In this document: in pieces, positions 1 through 11,275 of the stretch | How positions within the stretch are numbered: the first letter of the stretch is position 1 | How the letters are laid out: every line of letters begins with the position of its first letter | Origin: Blastocystis sp. subtype 4 | Taxonomy: Eukaryota | Direction: 5' to 3' | Length of the DNA: 41,187 nucleotides | Assembly (NCBI RefSeq): GCF_000743755.1 | Contig: NW_014569542.1 | Coordinates: 62,001-103,187, forward strand | The notes under the pieces: model-generated | Seen by the model: the letters and a program-made list of their open reading frames with translations, nothing else | Told to the model about the DNA's origin: nothing | Database searches by the model: none | Translations under genes and position numbers: made by a program

Positions 1-799
1 TGTTGGAGGAGAACTTATCATTGTTAAACATATGTCTTCTCGTATGCATGTACTGGGTTATCTAGAACGAGAGAATGCAGTAATTGTTGTTGATAAGGAT
101 GTCAGAATGGATTGATGGAATGATTTCTAGAAGAATGTTATGGCTATTCCATTGGACCAGTATCTCTTGAAGTATCAAACTGCTGTTCTTGCTGGTGACT
201 TTGATATGGCCAATAACATCTTACCGCAAATCGGATCCCGTGAGTTAGAGAAGTTATCACTCTTCCTTCAGGGCCAAGGGTATCTGGAGGAGGCTATTAA
301 GGTGACAAAGGACCCTATGCGTAAACTCGATTTAGCAATTTCGTTGGAGGATGTTCAGCAAGCGATGGATTTGTTGGATACTCAGGGTAATGACAATGAG
401 TCCACAAAGTACTGGTCACAGCTTGGAGAGATTTGCTTAAAGAAGGGTGATATGAAGACTGCTCTAACCTGTATTGAAAAGGCAAGAGATTTCAGTACAA
501 TGCTGATGTTGGCATCATGCTACAGTGATCCTCAGTTGATGGATCGAGTTGAGATGCTGGCACGAGAAGCCCAGTGGGGTAATGTCGCATTTATGGCTGC
601 TTTTATGCAGAAGGACCTTGATGGATGTATGGATATTTTGACGAAGGAGAAGCGTTATCCCGAAGTTGGTATTTGGGGAGGTTGTGACACATAGGCTGCT
701 TTCTTCGCAAATAGTTATTGCCCCGAACGACTGGAAGAAGCTATGAACAAGTGGAAAGAGGAAACACGGCATTTGGAGAGTGATAAGATGATGAATTAA
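1..799 (+). CDS. COPB2: Coatomer subunit beta' (COPI), 3' part; 5' end outside window
   Basis: Removing 30-nt GT-AG introns 101-130 and 665-694 gives ...LGYLERENAVIVVDKDKNVMAIPLD...LQGQGYLEEA...WSQLGE...YPEAAFFANSYCP..., matching the beta'-COP/Sec27 alpha-solenoid. Stop TAA 797-799. Confidence 0.9.
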
Positions 800-811
800 C
801 TTGTGTGTTAT

Positions 812-819
812 TGTTTGTT
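812..819 (+). terminator. TGTTTGTT downstream polyadenylation element (COPB2)
   Basis: Exact Blastocystis-type motif 13 nt after the stop. Confidence 0.75.
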
Positions 820-879
820 TGATGGATGGGATCCCACAGATTTGAGAACTCTAGAATTCAGTACAAAAACGTTACAAGA

Positions 880-1478
880 ATGGCTGCGCAAGAAGAATCT
901 GCAATAATTAGGCTTGTGAGTTGCGATAACAAGGAGTTCGAAGTCCCACAGAGAGTTGCTTTCATGTCCGAACTAGTGAAGCAGATGTGTACCGTGAGCA
1001 GTGAATTCTCTAAAGAGATTGTGATTCCTGATGTTACGGGGGACATTCTTAAGAGGGTCATTGATTTCTGTTTGGTTTTGTTTTCCTTTTAACAAGTAGG
1101 CACATACCATGTTGACAATCCGATGAAGGAGATTGAAAAGCCACTGAAAAGTGACAACATGGCTGAGAATGTTGGTGTTTGGGATGCCGAATTTATTGAC
1201 CTGGATGATGCAACACTGTATAAGCTTGTTACAGCAGCCAACTATTTGATGATTCAGTCCTTGTTAGATTTAGCATATCCTATAACTGATCGTTTTCGTG
1301 TTCCTTCATTTAGACATGTGCTAAGATCGCTTCGTATATCAAAGGAAAGAAAACACAGGAGATTCGCGAGCGTTTCCATATCCAAAGTGATTTCACACCA
1401 GAAGAAGAGGAAAGAGTATTTATTGTCGGATTGTGGGACTGTAGATACGACAAGATAACAAATGGGCTGATGAACTGT
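880..1478 (+). CDS. SKP1: S-phase kinase-associated protein 1 (SCF adaptor)
   Basis: Exons 880-1069, 1100-1274, 1316-1415, 1445-1478 give IRLVSCDNKEFEV...ILKRVIDFCTYH...WDAEFI...LVTAANYLMIQSLLDLACAKIAS...EIRERF...DFTPEEEERIRQDNKWADEL. End at 1478 assumes a poly(A)-made TAA; otherwise the first genomic stop is TAA 1502-1504. Confidence 0.93.
1275..1315 (+). other. U12-type AT-AC intron in SKP1 (41 nt)
   Basis: ATATCCTATA...TTCCTTCAT-TTAGAC; removal restores LDLA-CAKIAS. Confidence 0.8.
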
Positions 1479-1482
1479 TCTG

Positions 1483-1497
1483 TGTTTTCTACAAACA
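1483..1497. terminator. Back-to-back polyadenylation elements, SKP1 (+) / PSMB5 (-)
   Basis: TGTTTTCT (+, 1483-1490) overlaps TGTTTGTA (-, 1497-1490) by one base. Confidence 0.65.
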
Positions 1498-1500
1498 ATC

Positions 1501-2419
1501 CTAATCACGTCTTCCATAGATCTCAAAGAGATCCTTTACATCAATCGACGATATTTGCTTCCAGCCCTCCGGTTTTATTAGATATACTATACATCAGACC
1601 CTTTCTACTCTCTCACAATTATTAATTCCTCCACTCATTGCATCACGGTGTGTTGCATGGAAGATGGCTCTTTTACCAAGATCAATAGCTTCTTCATCTA
1701 CTTGTCATTACCCTTTCATGTATCTACCAGTCATATCCCAATGATACAATTGATCCAATACACCATAGGCATAAGAACTTCCGGATCCAACTGAGAAGTA
1801 GGATCGTCGTTCATCTGCCTTCAGTCGAGTTCCATCATTGTCAACATAATAAATCTGAGGCCCAGTCTTATCCCAACCGCAAATCATGGTTCCCACACTC
1901 AAACCATAATCCTTGTAATGGTACAAAAAATCAACAAGAATCTTGCTGGCGCCAGCCACAGAGATGCGCTCACCATTTCGGAGTTCATATAACCTGCATC
2001 TTATCTAACATCTTTACTTCGTACCTGCACTCGACTCCCATTCGTCTTTCCCAGAAGTAGCAATCAGAAGCACCTCCTGCCATTGTTCCCAACAGGAAAG
2101 GATTGATCTCAATGACTTTGTGTACTTGGTTCGAAGCTAGGGATTACGACCACATCATCTCCGTCCTACCAATGAACTGACCCTGTGTAGCTCTTGAATC
2201 CACAGAAACAATAACTCCTCCCTGATATTTGAAAGCAAGGGTAGTTGTACCCTTACAAAACTTTACCATTTGATGTTGATCATTGTACTCTGCTCCAAAG
2301 TTGGTTTTGCAAAAACTCGAAGCATTAGGCACATTTGGCAACAGGAATCCATCGACTTGACTGATCTCTGTGGAATACTTTGCTGATGCTTTCTTTTCAC
2401 CTGGCAGACTAACAGGCAT
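1501..2419 (-). CDS. PSMB5: 20S proteasome subunit beta 5 (chymotrypsin-like)
   Basis: Propeptide followed by [23 protein letters not shown], then [35 protein letters not shown]. Introns 2137-2169, 1994-2024, 1698-1727 and about 1587-1616. Ends ...IYGRRD-TAG. Confidence 0.95.
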
Positions 2420-2523
2420 CTTCACAATGACTCAAAGTGAAGTGTCAAAGAATCGATGCAGTCCCGCGGGAAGCTACTACTAAAGAAAGGCAAACTATCA
2501 TTGGTATCACTACAATTGTAATT

Positions 2524-2531
2524 AACAAACA
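2524..2531 (-). terminator. TGTTTGTT element (7TM-INPP4 gene)
   Basis: AACAAACA on + strand, 38 nt past the stop. Confidence 0.75.
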
Positions 2532-2568
2532 ACTCCTTCTCTAAAATACAATTTCGTTAAACTTAGGA

Positions 2569-5500
2569 TTAGGTAATACCATGTCCCCTTGTGCATTTCG
2601 GTGCTTTAAACTGCTTGGGTAAAAAAGTGTTCTGGATAGAGTTAAACATGTATTGTGCTTTTCCAGTATTCTTTTCGGTATTCTTAATACGAGTTCCATA
2701 TCCACGAATGAGGTCCAAATAAGCATCAAACGAAGACTTATTCACGATATGCGATGATTCCAATATCCGAGTTTCGCGAAGGGTAATGAGCATTCCTGTG
2801 CGATCCTTTCCACTCTTACACATAACGACAATTCCAGCATGAAGTCGTTCACCAACCACTATCCATGAACCCATTACAATATTCATACTAAGATAGCTCT
2901 GAATCAGATCAACACTCTTTATCGAATTCTCAAGTAAAACTCTCCTTACATTCTATGAATCACATACCTGAACCTGTCATACACTCATTTCCTCCGAGAA
3001 ATCTCCATTATCACAATTGAAATCAAGATTGACATCCTCATAACAATTGTAATTGCTCATGATATAATGAATCAATCGTTGTAAATTGATTGTATTTCCA
3101 GCACGACTATCAGGAGCATTGTACAAATCATTGAGTTGATTTGCAGGTTGTGTCCCATGAAGAAGACAGTTTGCATAAGTCACCAAGTCACGATAACACA
3201 GCTGATTAATGTGTTTTTCAATCGCCACATTGTGAACACTAATCAGATCTGTAATAGTTTGAGATACATCAACTCCCTATTTGTGAGTCTGCTAAATGAC
3301 TCCAACCATAGTAAAGAAGAATGGAACAACAGATATCATGGCTCCTTGTAGTTTGTGTTCTCTCAAAATATTAAATTCTTGTAGATGGAGATGCTGAAGA
3401 GTACAGTACATAGTAATTGGTATGATCAGTTGATGATTCACCACTTTCATTTGGGAGTCGTAGGTGATACTAAATTTCGAGCACTACATCATCACTATAG
3501 AAGAAAAAATACTCGACGAATCACCAGTTTGAAACGAACAGCTCGGAGACTCTCAATAGCCACAAGAGAATCCAGAATCATTGCTTTTTCCTTCGAATAC
3601 ATCGATAAGAGACTAGAGAACATGATCTAGAAATGACTGGAGTGTTTGGTATAATACAGGATAGCCACTTGTAAGCCATTGTTGGAAAATATGATTATCA
3701 TGAATACTACTGTTCAGTGATAACACCATATGACGAAGCTATTATTCACAGATCATTTCCATTCTTACATCATTGACAAATGAAGTAACAAGAATCGAGA
3801 GAGCTTGAGAAGTAGCAACATCAAATCGTTCTCGAATCTGTAAGGAGGAACGTAATCCTGATTCGGAACGAAGATATCGTTTCGTATTCTGTTCATTCAG
3901 ATCGTGGATAAGAGTGAATAACCCTCCACAATGAAATTTATAGAAGTAAGCATTTGGAGTTCCACAGGACAACATAGAATAAGCAGGTACTCGAGGAGGA
4001 AGAAGTGATTCTTGAATGAGAGATATGATAAAGACTTACGAAAGAGACTGTTCAATGAATCACAAGACATGACATTTCGTCGTTGAATCACGATGTCGTT
4101 GATATGAAGATTTGTTGGTAACATTGCTGCTTCTTCAACTTTCTTCATTGTGCTAACAATCAAGAGAGTAATTCAAATTAACCTAGGTTTAAAGGTGAAA
4201 CGACGAACTCGCTTATCAACTGAATGATCATTCTTATTCAACATATTGATGTGACTCTGAGCAATGTTGACAGCATTCTACCCTTCATCTCATCTTCTAA
4301 ACATACTTCGTAAAAACGCTGACTCTGAACAAAATCACGACTCTCCTTCAACAACTCATCCATCGTATTGAATTCATGACGTCTCAATCGAGATTCTGCA
4401 AGTGTTTGCTGTTGCATATACAACGCTCTAAAGTCTTCCAATTCATGACTCCATAATTTCTCTGTAAAATGTGTGTATGATGCAGGAATATCAAAAGAGA
4501 AGCTACGGATGATTGCATACTACCACAAATACTCTGTCTCATTCATCACTTCACACACATGATTCAAATACAATCCTGGAGGTGTACTCAAGGAAGGACA
4601 AAACACTCCTCGACCCTCATCACCAGACTTATCGAAGATGTACTCCTTCTGGAAGAATCGTCCTTCTAATCGTCCTCTAATCGCAACAACGTAACAGCCA
4701 AACACATAATTATATCGACTCTCACGTTTCTCTCCACGAAAACGAGTTCGATCTGGATTCATTCCATTAGCAGGTAAGGACCTAAGTATCATAAGAACAA
4801 CCTTAACCAACATTGAGAGATCAGCAAGACTTAGTGCCTCCATTGGTTCACTCCCAATACTATCACGAAGTCCCGCCACACCTGGAGTCGAATACCGATA
4901 TTCACTTGGGTCTTCATAATTGAACTGGTGTGGTAATGTTTGAAATGTTAAAGAGGTGGGAGATGCATTAGGTTGGAGCATTATCGTCCCTGGACAAGAA
5001 GCAAAGCGTTCACCAGGAACATTCTCAAAGTCAGGAATCTGGTCAAAATCAAGATTTGTGACATCAATCATAGGATGTGATAAACCACAATGAGAGAAGG
5101 AATTTCTGTCCAAAAGAGGAGACCAACCTAACTGCGTCTCTGAAGAACTTGAGATGCCTCCCTCACTTGGGAAGATCATGCTTCCCCCAAGAGGATGATA
5201 GGTATCAACACTAGTTTGATGAGAATCGTTTTGGTCGTGATCAGATCCCTGAAGATGCATAACATGAGACTCTGTCATTCCAGATACCTTTGGAGACTCA
5301 TTCAACAGAGGAGAAGAACCAGAAGGGATTTGGACTTGGACTAAATGAGAACGAGGAGGTGAAGAACAAATCTTCTCTCGATTCACTACAAGCAAAGCAT
5401 TCCGAGAATTCAGAATGGTATTCAAGGAGAAAGTCTCTGTGAACAGCAAGCGGTTGTACTACAAAATAACAAGATTCATCAGTTTTCACCTTATACTTGG

Positions 5501-7452
5501 TATATGTATGGTTATCAACAACATTTGTTCCAATCACTTCAAACTTCAATTCAACGTCTGTGATTGGATGAGAATAGATGGTTGGAGTACTATGACTGGA
5601 TAAGAAATCTTGTAATAATGAGGTTGGTGTAATCTAGAATGAAATCTTATCTACAGACTTACTGAAGACTCTCGATCTCGAACCATTGGAATAGGGACAC
5701 AAATACAGCAATTAAACATAAACCCTTTACCACAAGTCATAATCGGAACATTCTCCGTTTCTCCACACTATCCCTAAGGAATTCTATTGACTCTTACATT
5801 GGTAAATTCTTTCTGAACAGATAGATCCTCATCTGTATATCGATAAGAACAGTGAACAAACACATTTCGACAGCGCGATAGCAGTTTCGATGGATGCAAT
5901 AATCGGACAAACACAGCAAAACTCACCTGCTTATCAGACTCCCTTTCAAGACTTACAGAACATTCTAATGGCTTGCCACATCGATCTTGAACAAGTAACC
6001 CTGTGGTCTCACTTGTAGCTTCTTCTGCAGGCGACTCAGTTGGAGAGGATGTGATCGTCATCTCAGATGGCGAGGTTTGACGATCCTCTGATGGAAGCTG
6101 GGTCCCCATAGCAAATGCCGTGTCTTCAGGATTGAATCGGGAATCCTCCTCGGATGAAATCTCGTCTCCCACAACCTCAGCTTGATCTTCATTCAGATTA
6201 GTCATTGATGGAGCAGGTCGATGCATCTTCCCAGAAGAGGAGAAAAGTGACCGCAAGGATGTATCTCCTTGCCCAGTTCCAACAAGTGACCGATTGCTAA
6301 CCGTTTCATCGTATTTGTATTTCAGATGAGGTTCTGTGGGTGAAGAAGATGGACTGAACTGGCATTCACAGCCAGTTGTATGAGAACTACTGTCGATCAG
6401 ACACATCGCCTTCCGACCAAACCAACGATGTCGAGAATGCCTTCGAGTTCGAGCTGACTACAAGTGAATAATGATAAACAAGACAACATAGTCCTTCACC
6501 AATGTGAGGAGAATGAGATTGAAGAAACCTGGTAGAATCAAGAAGATACCATTAAGAGCAGTAGTAGTAATGTGATCAGTATAATAGATATAACTATGAA
6601 TGATTACTGAAGGAAAGACAAACAGAGAGGTAATGATTCGCACGATCAATACTACAAGAAGAAGAAACGTATTTGTAACGAGGAGAGCGATATTCTTAGC
6701 CACTTCAACTCGCATCTACAACTCAATGTGATAGTAAGATCATACACTGGAGCAAACGTCACTGAATATGTGTTTCAATTTATAAATGATGTGTTTGCAA
6801 GCCATAATGCAGAATACAGAGATCAACGTATTACTAATGACGTAGAAGAGTTCCGTAAAACGAAAATGATCACGCATTGTCTAGACATGATGAAGAAGAA
6901 TCATGAATCACTTCTCGCAATAACCCAATAACAACTAAGAAGAAATACGCCGCATAGACAATGATACAACCATAGATATAGTGACGAACTTTCTTCTTCT
7001 TCATGTTTACAATGTACTCCGAGAAGTAACGCATCATATAAAACAAAACAAATACTAGCATTGCCAATTCCAAAGTTCGGTTTACCAGAAGATAGACATC
7101 ACTACACATAAACCCGAAACAAGAGAGTCACAATCCGATCTTTCCTAATTGGGAACTGTTGCAGAGACAGTGAACTAGTCCAGAAATACTACTCACCAGG
7201 TAGCATATGATGAACCTATACATTGACGAACCAAACGATTTATATACATTATACGATACCGGTTTACATTCTTCAGGATAAACCGTAAGGATACCTATAG
7301 CTAAATGCACTCTTTGATTCAAGTACAACGCCAATGCAAATAAGAATGCTATAGAGAACGATTCCGATAATTATCAATGATTGTCCAGGCTCATTCTCAT
7401 CGTCGTCAATTAACAACTAGTTAAATAAACCCATTTTGTTGCTGAGTACCAT
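2569..7452 (-). CDS. 7-transmembrane (GPCR-like) / C2-like / inositol polyphosphate 4-phosphatase fusion protein
   Basis: Exons joined by ~30-nt GT-AG introns: seven hydrophobic segments (about 7416-6488), a Ser/Glu-rich linker, a C2-like region (KEFTNCGETENVP), then INPP4 hallmarks FKPSTMKK...LPTNLH, SCGTPNAY, FSSLLSMYSKEKAMI, VVPFFFTMGV and the catalytic CKSGKDRT (Cx5R). Stop TAA 2569-2571. Confidence 0.85.
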
Positions 7453-7941
7453 AGTATGTTGCGACAACAGAAAACCACCTAACAAGACGAATGGTAACGA
7501 TGAATGACGAAGTGTTTCTGTTAAACGATAATAACGGTTATTTTCATATGTTGGCGGTCGGTACTATTCTTTTTCGAATTCGTTTTCTCCTTTATTCTTC
7601 GAGTACTTCGTGATCTGCCATTCTCCTAACACCTATTATGATGCCTTATTCCTTCTCAATAGTGAAATGATCGATTCTGGAAAAGTCTTACGTCGAATGC
7701 ACACTGCATGGAATGCGATCATGCTGACATCAACACCTATTTTGTCGTCAGATGGTCATTCATCTATTGAGTGTTTCAGTTCTATCGGAGTCAATCCGTT
7801 TCTTGAATCGGTGCACAGAAGGGATCATCTATATTCATGCTAGGTGAATATGTAATAGAAATTGAATGTAGTTTATTTTTATTGCTTTTACTACTCTTCC
7901 TCACGCTTGTCGATCAATGTGTATTGCTACAAACAATCAAA

Positions 7942-10418
7942 TTAGATCATTAGTTCGTTAAAGTACAAGTGGACGATAGTGGTTTCATTGCAATCTAGAA
8001 TAGTAACAACTCTCTAGTAGTACTTTCTGTATTATATTCAAATCCTTCTCAAACCGTTGTTTATTCGTTATATTAATAGAACTCAAAAGATGTGGTAATC
8101 CCTAAGGTTAAAGAAAAGACAGATCACGGAGAGACAAAGGATATACTCATATCATTATGAAGAAGGATCTGAATCGTTTCATACAGTAAACTCTCTCGAT
8201 TGTTGTGAACATATCCTTGTTGCTGTAATGCTAACTTGTCAGGAATATCATTCTCACACAATCGTCGCATTAATTGTCTCCATACAGATCCAGGAAGATT
8301 CTTACTTTCTCGAGAGAATGAATCGATAATATCCAACAGGGAGTTAATATTGGCAGGATCATGAATAAGAGAAAGATAGGCGTTTTGAAGGAATTCATCA
8401 GTTATGGTTATCCTATTTGTATTCATATACTCAATCAGTGAGATAAAGATTGATTCATTCAGTTTGGTATTATTCACACAGGCACTGAAAAGAGAAGGAT
8501 CGACAATTGTAGAATCTGATGAATTAGCCCGATCAATCAACAAGGATAGGATCTTTATAGACTCATTGATATCCTTCTCTTTCTGTAATAATAGACCAAT
8601 ATACTCATCTCGTAAGCATTCTTCCTTTTGAAGAATAGTTAATACCCGATCAGTAAGTTCCTTCTTATTTGGAACCAGATCATCTGAACATTCATTTGCT
8701 CTACATATCAACAATCGTAAAATAGTAACAGTAACACATAATCAATGAGATATGATTGAAGAAACTCTGTTGGATAACCCTCTCTATACTTCTCCATATA
8801 AGCTTCAACAGCTTGATTATTATTAGTTGATAAGGAATTCCATAATTTATAAGGTAAAGCGATGTTATAGGGACACTTCGCTGCAATCGTATTGATGTAA
8901 CGATAGAGTTGTGAATAACACTCCTTTCGTTGATCTGAAGTGATTTGAAGTTGAGGATTCAATTCAGAATTGAATACTTCTTTCAGAACTCGAATCAACA
9001 CAGTAGCTTTTACAGCAACAGCATTGTCACAACAAAACTGAAGAATATCGTTACAAATGCTATATTCTCCTTCCTTCCAATCATTCCTTCAATAGAATCC
9101 TACTCGAATATAAGTTACAAGAAGTTTCTCAATAAGGAATCGATCCATATCCTCAACAACACTCGAATTCAACTTTTTCTCTCCCTGATTATACCGCTTC
9201 TGAACTGCTTCCCATACTAGACCTTCCATTCCTATGTGATCATATTGAACCATAGTCAATACGATAGAAACAGAAAGCACTCAATAGATTCTTGAGAATT
9301 ACTCCTTCATGTTGACTTCCATGATTAATATCATGCATGAAAAGGTCTCTGAGAGAATAATACTCCCGAAAGAACCCATCAAAGATAAGATGATTAACCT
9401 AAATATCAACGATGGGACTTGTCACATACCACAGGTAACAGTTCGGAGATATGTACGTAGAAGTGATAATCCTTCTTCTGCATAGATTGAACATACAATG
9501 GAAAGTCACGAAGGATTGGTAAAAGACTTGGATTCGATGAAGCGAGATTCAGAAGGACGTGAAGTTGAGATGACTGAAGAAAGATCTCTGCAATTACGAT
9601 GAGACAGAAAGAGTACCATTCCTACGAATCCTTTCCCAAAGTTGGCGTATACTAAGCTGAGTATCGTAATCCAAATACTTATTCTTTTTGTCATCTTCTG
9701 GAATACGTTGACTATAGAGATCGAGAAGAATACTGTAAGCAAGAGGATCTTTCTCATTGTCCGAAATGATCAATCTCTCCAGGAACGAAGTGAGACGAGA
9801 CACTTCAGTGACTCCTTTCCAACGGAGGGAATTAAAACTGTTCACAACAGACTGTCGCTGAGGTGAGTTTTCATTCTTTGAAGAGGATGAGGACTTCAAG
9901 GAAAGCCTGAAGAGTTTTCGACAAGTTTCATAGGCTAGAAATGATTTAGTTCACTCTATAAAGACAAATATCATAATCTGGAGAACTAAATAGATCACAA
10001 AGACACATTACCGACGAATCACTTGTAATTAAGGGTTCTAAGAATGAGAACACAATGCAACTCCTCACTTCCTTCTAAAACAGCCTTGATTCGATCATTC
10101 AGAGCTACTTTAAAGACTACACAAAGAACATACGATACATTTTCCGCTCCAAATCATCAAATTCCGCAGAAGAAAGCTATCACTTATCCAATCTTTTGTG
10201 AACTACTTCAGTAGGCAATTTCTCCCCCTCTTCAATGTCCTTGATAGAAGAATTTACAAATGCTTGTATTACATTCAAACATAATAAAATACTTTGACTT
10301 GCAGATAACCAACGAGGGAATGCATTCTTGGTGAGTTTCTATGAATGAACCCAATAAATGACACTTCTACAGCTCTAGCGAAGGTAGATGGTACTGAGAA
10401 AATCACTCTTCTGAACAT
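7942..10418 (-). CDS. Hypothetical helical protein with predicted mitochondrial/MRO presequence
   Basis: Start MFRRVIFSVPSTFARA..KLTKNAFPRWLS is Arg-rich and almost free of acidic residues. Multiple exons (ORFs 9594-9899, 9089-9280, 8708-9001, 8124-8714). TGTTTGTA at 7935-7928. No family recognised; some internal junctions and the last-exon frame are unresolved. Confidence 0.65.
8102..8144 (-). other. U12-type intron with AT-AG termini (43 nt)
   Basis: ATATCCTTTG...TTCTTTAAC-CTTAG; removal gives HNDMS-GLPHLL in an open frame. Confidence 0.65.
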
Positions 10419-10429
10419 CAAAATGTATG

Positions 10430-10437
10430 AACAAACA
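10430..10437 (-). terminator. TGTTTGTT element (HAD gene)
   Basis: Exact motif 24 nt after the stop. Confidence 0.75.
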
Positions 10438-10460
10438 ACCAAGAGAAGATAAAGGGATTC

Positions 10461-11236
10461 TTATTCATCACTGACATAATTCTCCATATTAAAGGAAGTA
10501 GAATCGAATTGAGATAAGTCTTCCACAATCTACAACTAACCTCTCATGCCAGTGACTACTTGACATGCCCCCTTGAAAGCAGAACGGTCAGATCCATGAA
10601 ATGCAATTGCAACAGTCTGCATACCAGCAGCAAGACCACCTTGGATTCCCAGAGGAGAATCCTCAAATACGATACATCGATTTGGTGGAACTCCTGCACG
10701 TTCAGCAGCCTTTAAGAAGATATCAGGGGCTGGTTTTCCTTGAACGACATCATCAGCTGTCACAATTCCATCAAAGAGACTAATCATATCGTTATGGGGT
10801 TCTAACTTGGCTCCAATAAGAGCACGCGGAGTTGACGTGGCCATGTATTGCTTCACTCCATGTTTTGAAAAGAATCGAGTAAGGGAGTCAGCCCCTTTCA
10901 TCTTCTTGAACGATGGAGAAGCTCGCTTCATTCCCTCAATATATTGATTAGCCTATCTAAGAAAGAAATCGAGATAGGTACAAAGTCGGTTGGGTCAATT
11001 AAACCATGCAAATCAGCTGCATCCATCATTTTCTTGACCCAGAGTTCCGTCGGCATTCCGATGATAGAACTATGGTTTTCTCTATATGTAATTGTCGCTA
11101 TGAATGACTACAACTCAATTTGTCGAGTTCCAGGTTTCACACTCTCCATGATCGAAGCGATAATCTCTGATGATCCAGCTTCTGTATCAAGGAGTGTTCC
11201 GTCACAATCCCAAATGATACAAAGGGGTGGCTGCAT
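10461..11236 (-). CDS. HAD-superfamily phosphatase (HDHD1/PUDP/GPP-like)
   Basis: Motif [41 protein letters not shown]. Last intron 10530-10559; stop TAA 10461-10463. Confidence 0.9.
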
Positions 11237-11253
11237 TTTGGAGAGGATTATTT

Positions 11254-11261
11254 AACAAACA
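11254..11261 (-). terminator. TGTTTGTT element (GT49 gene)
   Basis: Exact motif 15 nt after the stop. Confidence 0.75.
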
Positions 11262-11275
11262 GACACACCACAAAA

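Noticed and set aside
7286..7294. GTATCCTTA on the minus strand, resembling a GT-AG U12 donor in the 7TM gene
   Set aside because: Two ordinary 32-nt GT-AG introns give a clean frame in which this sequence is the start of an exon (VSLRFILK), and there is no AG at the expected ~40 nt.
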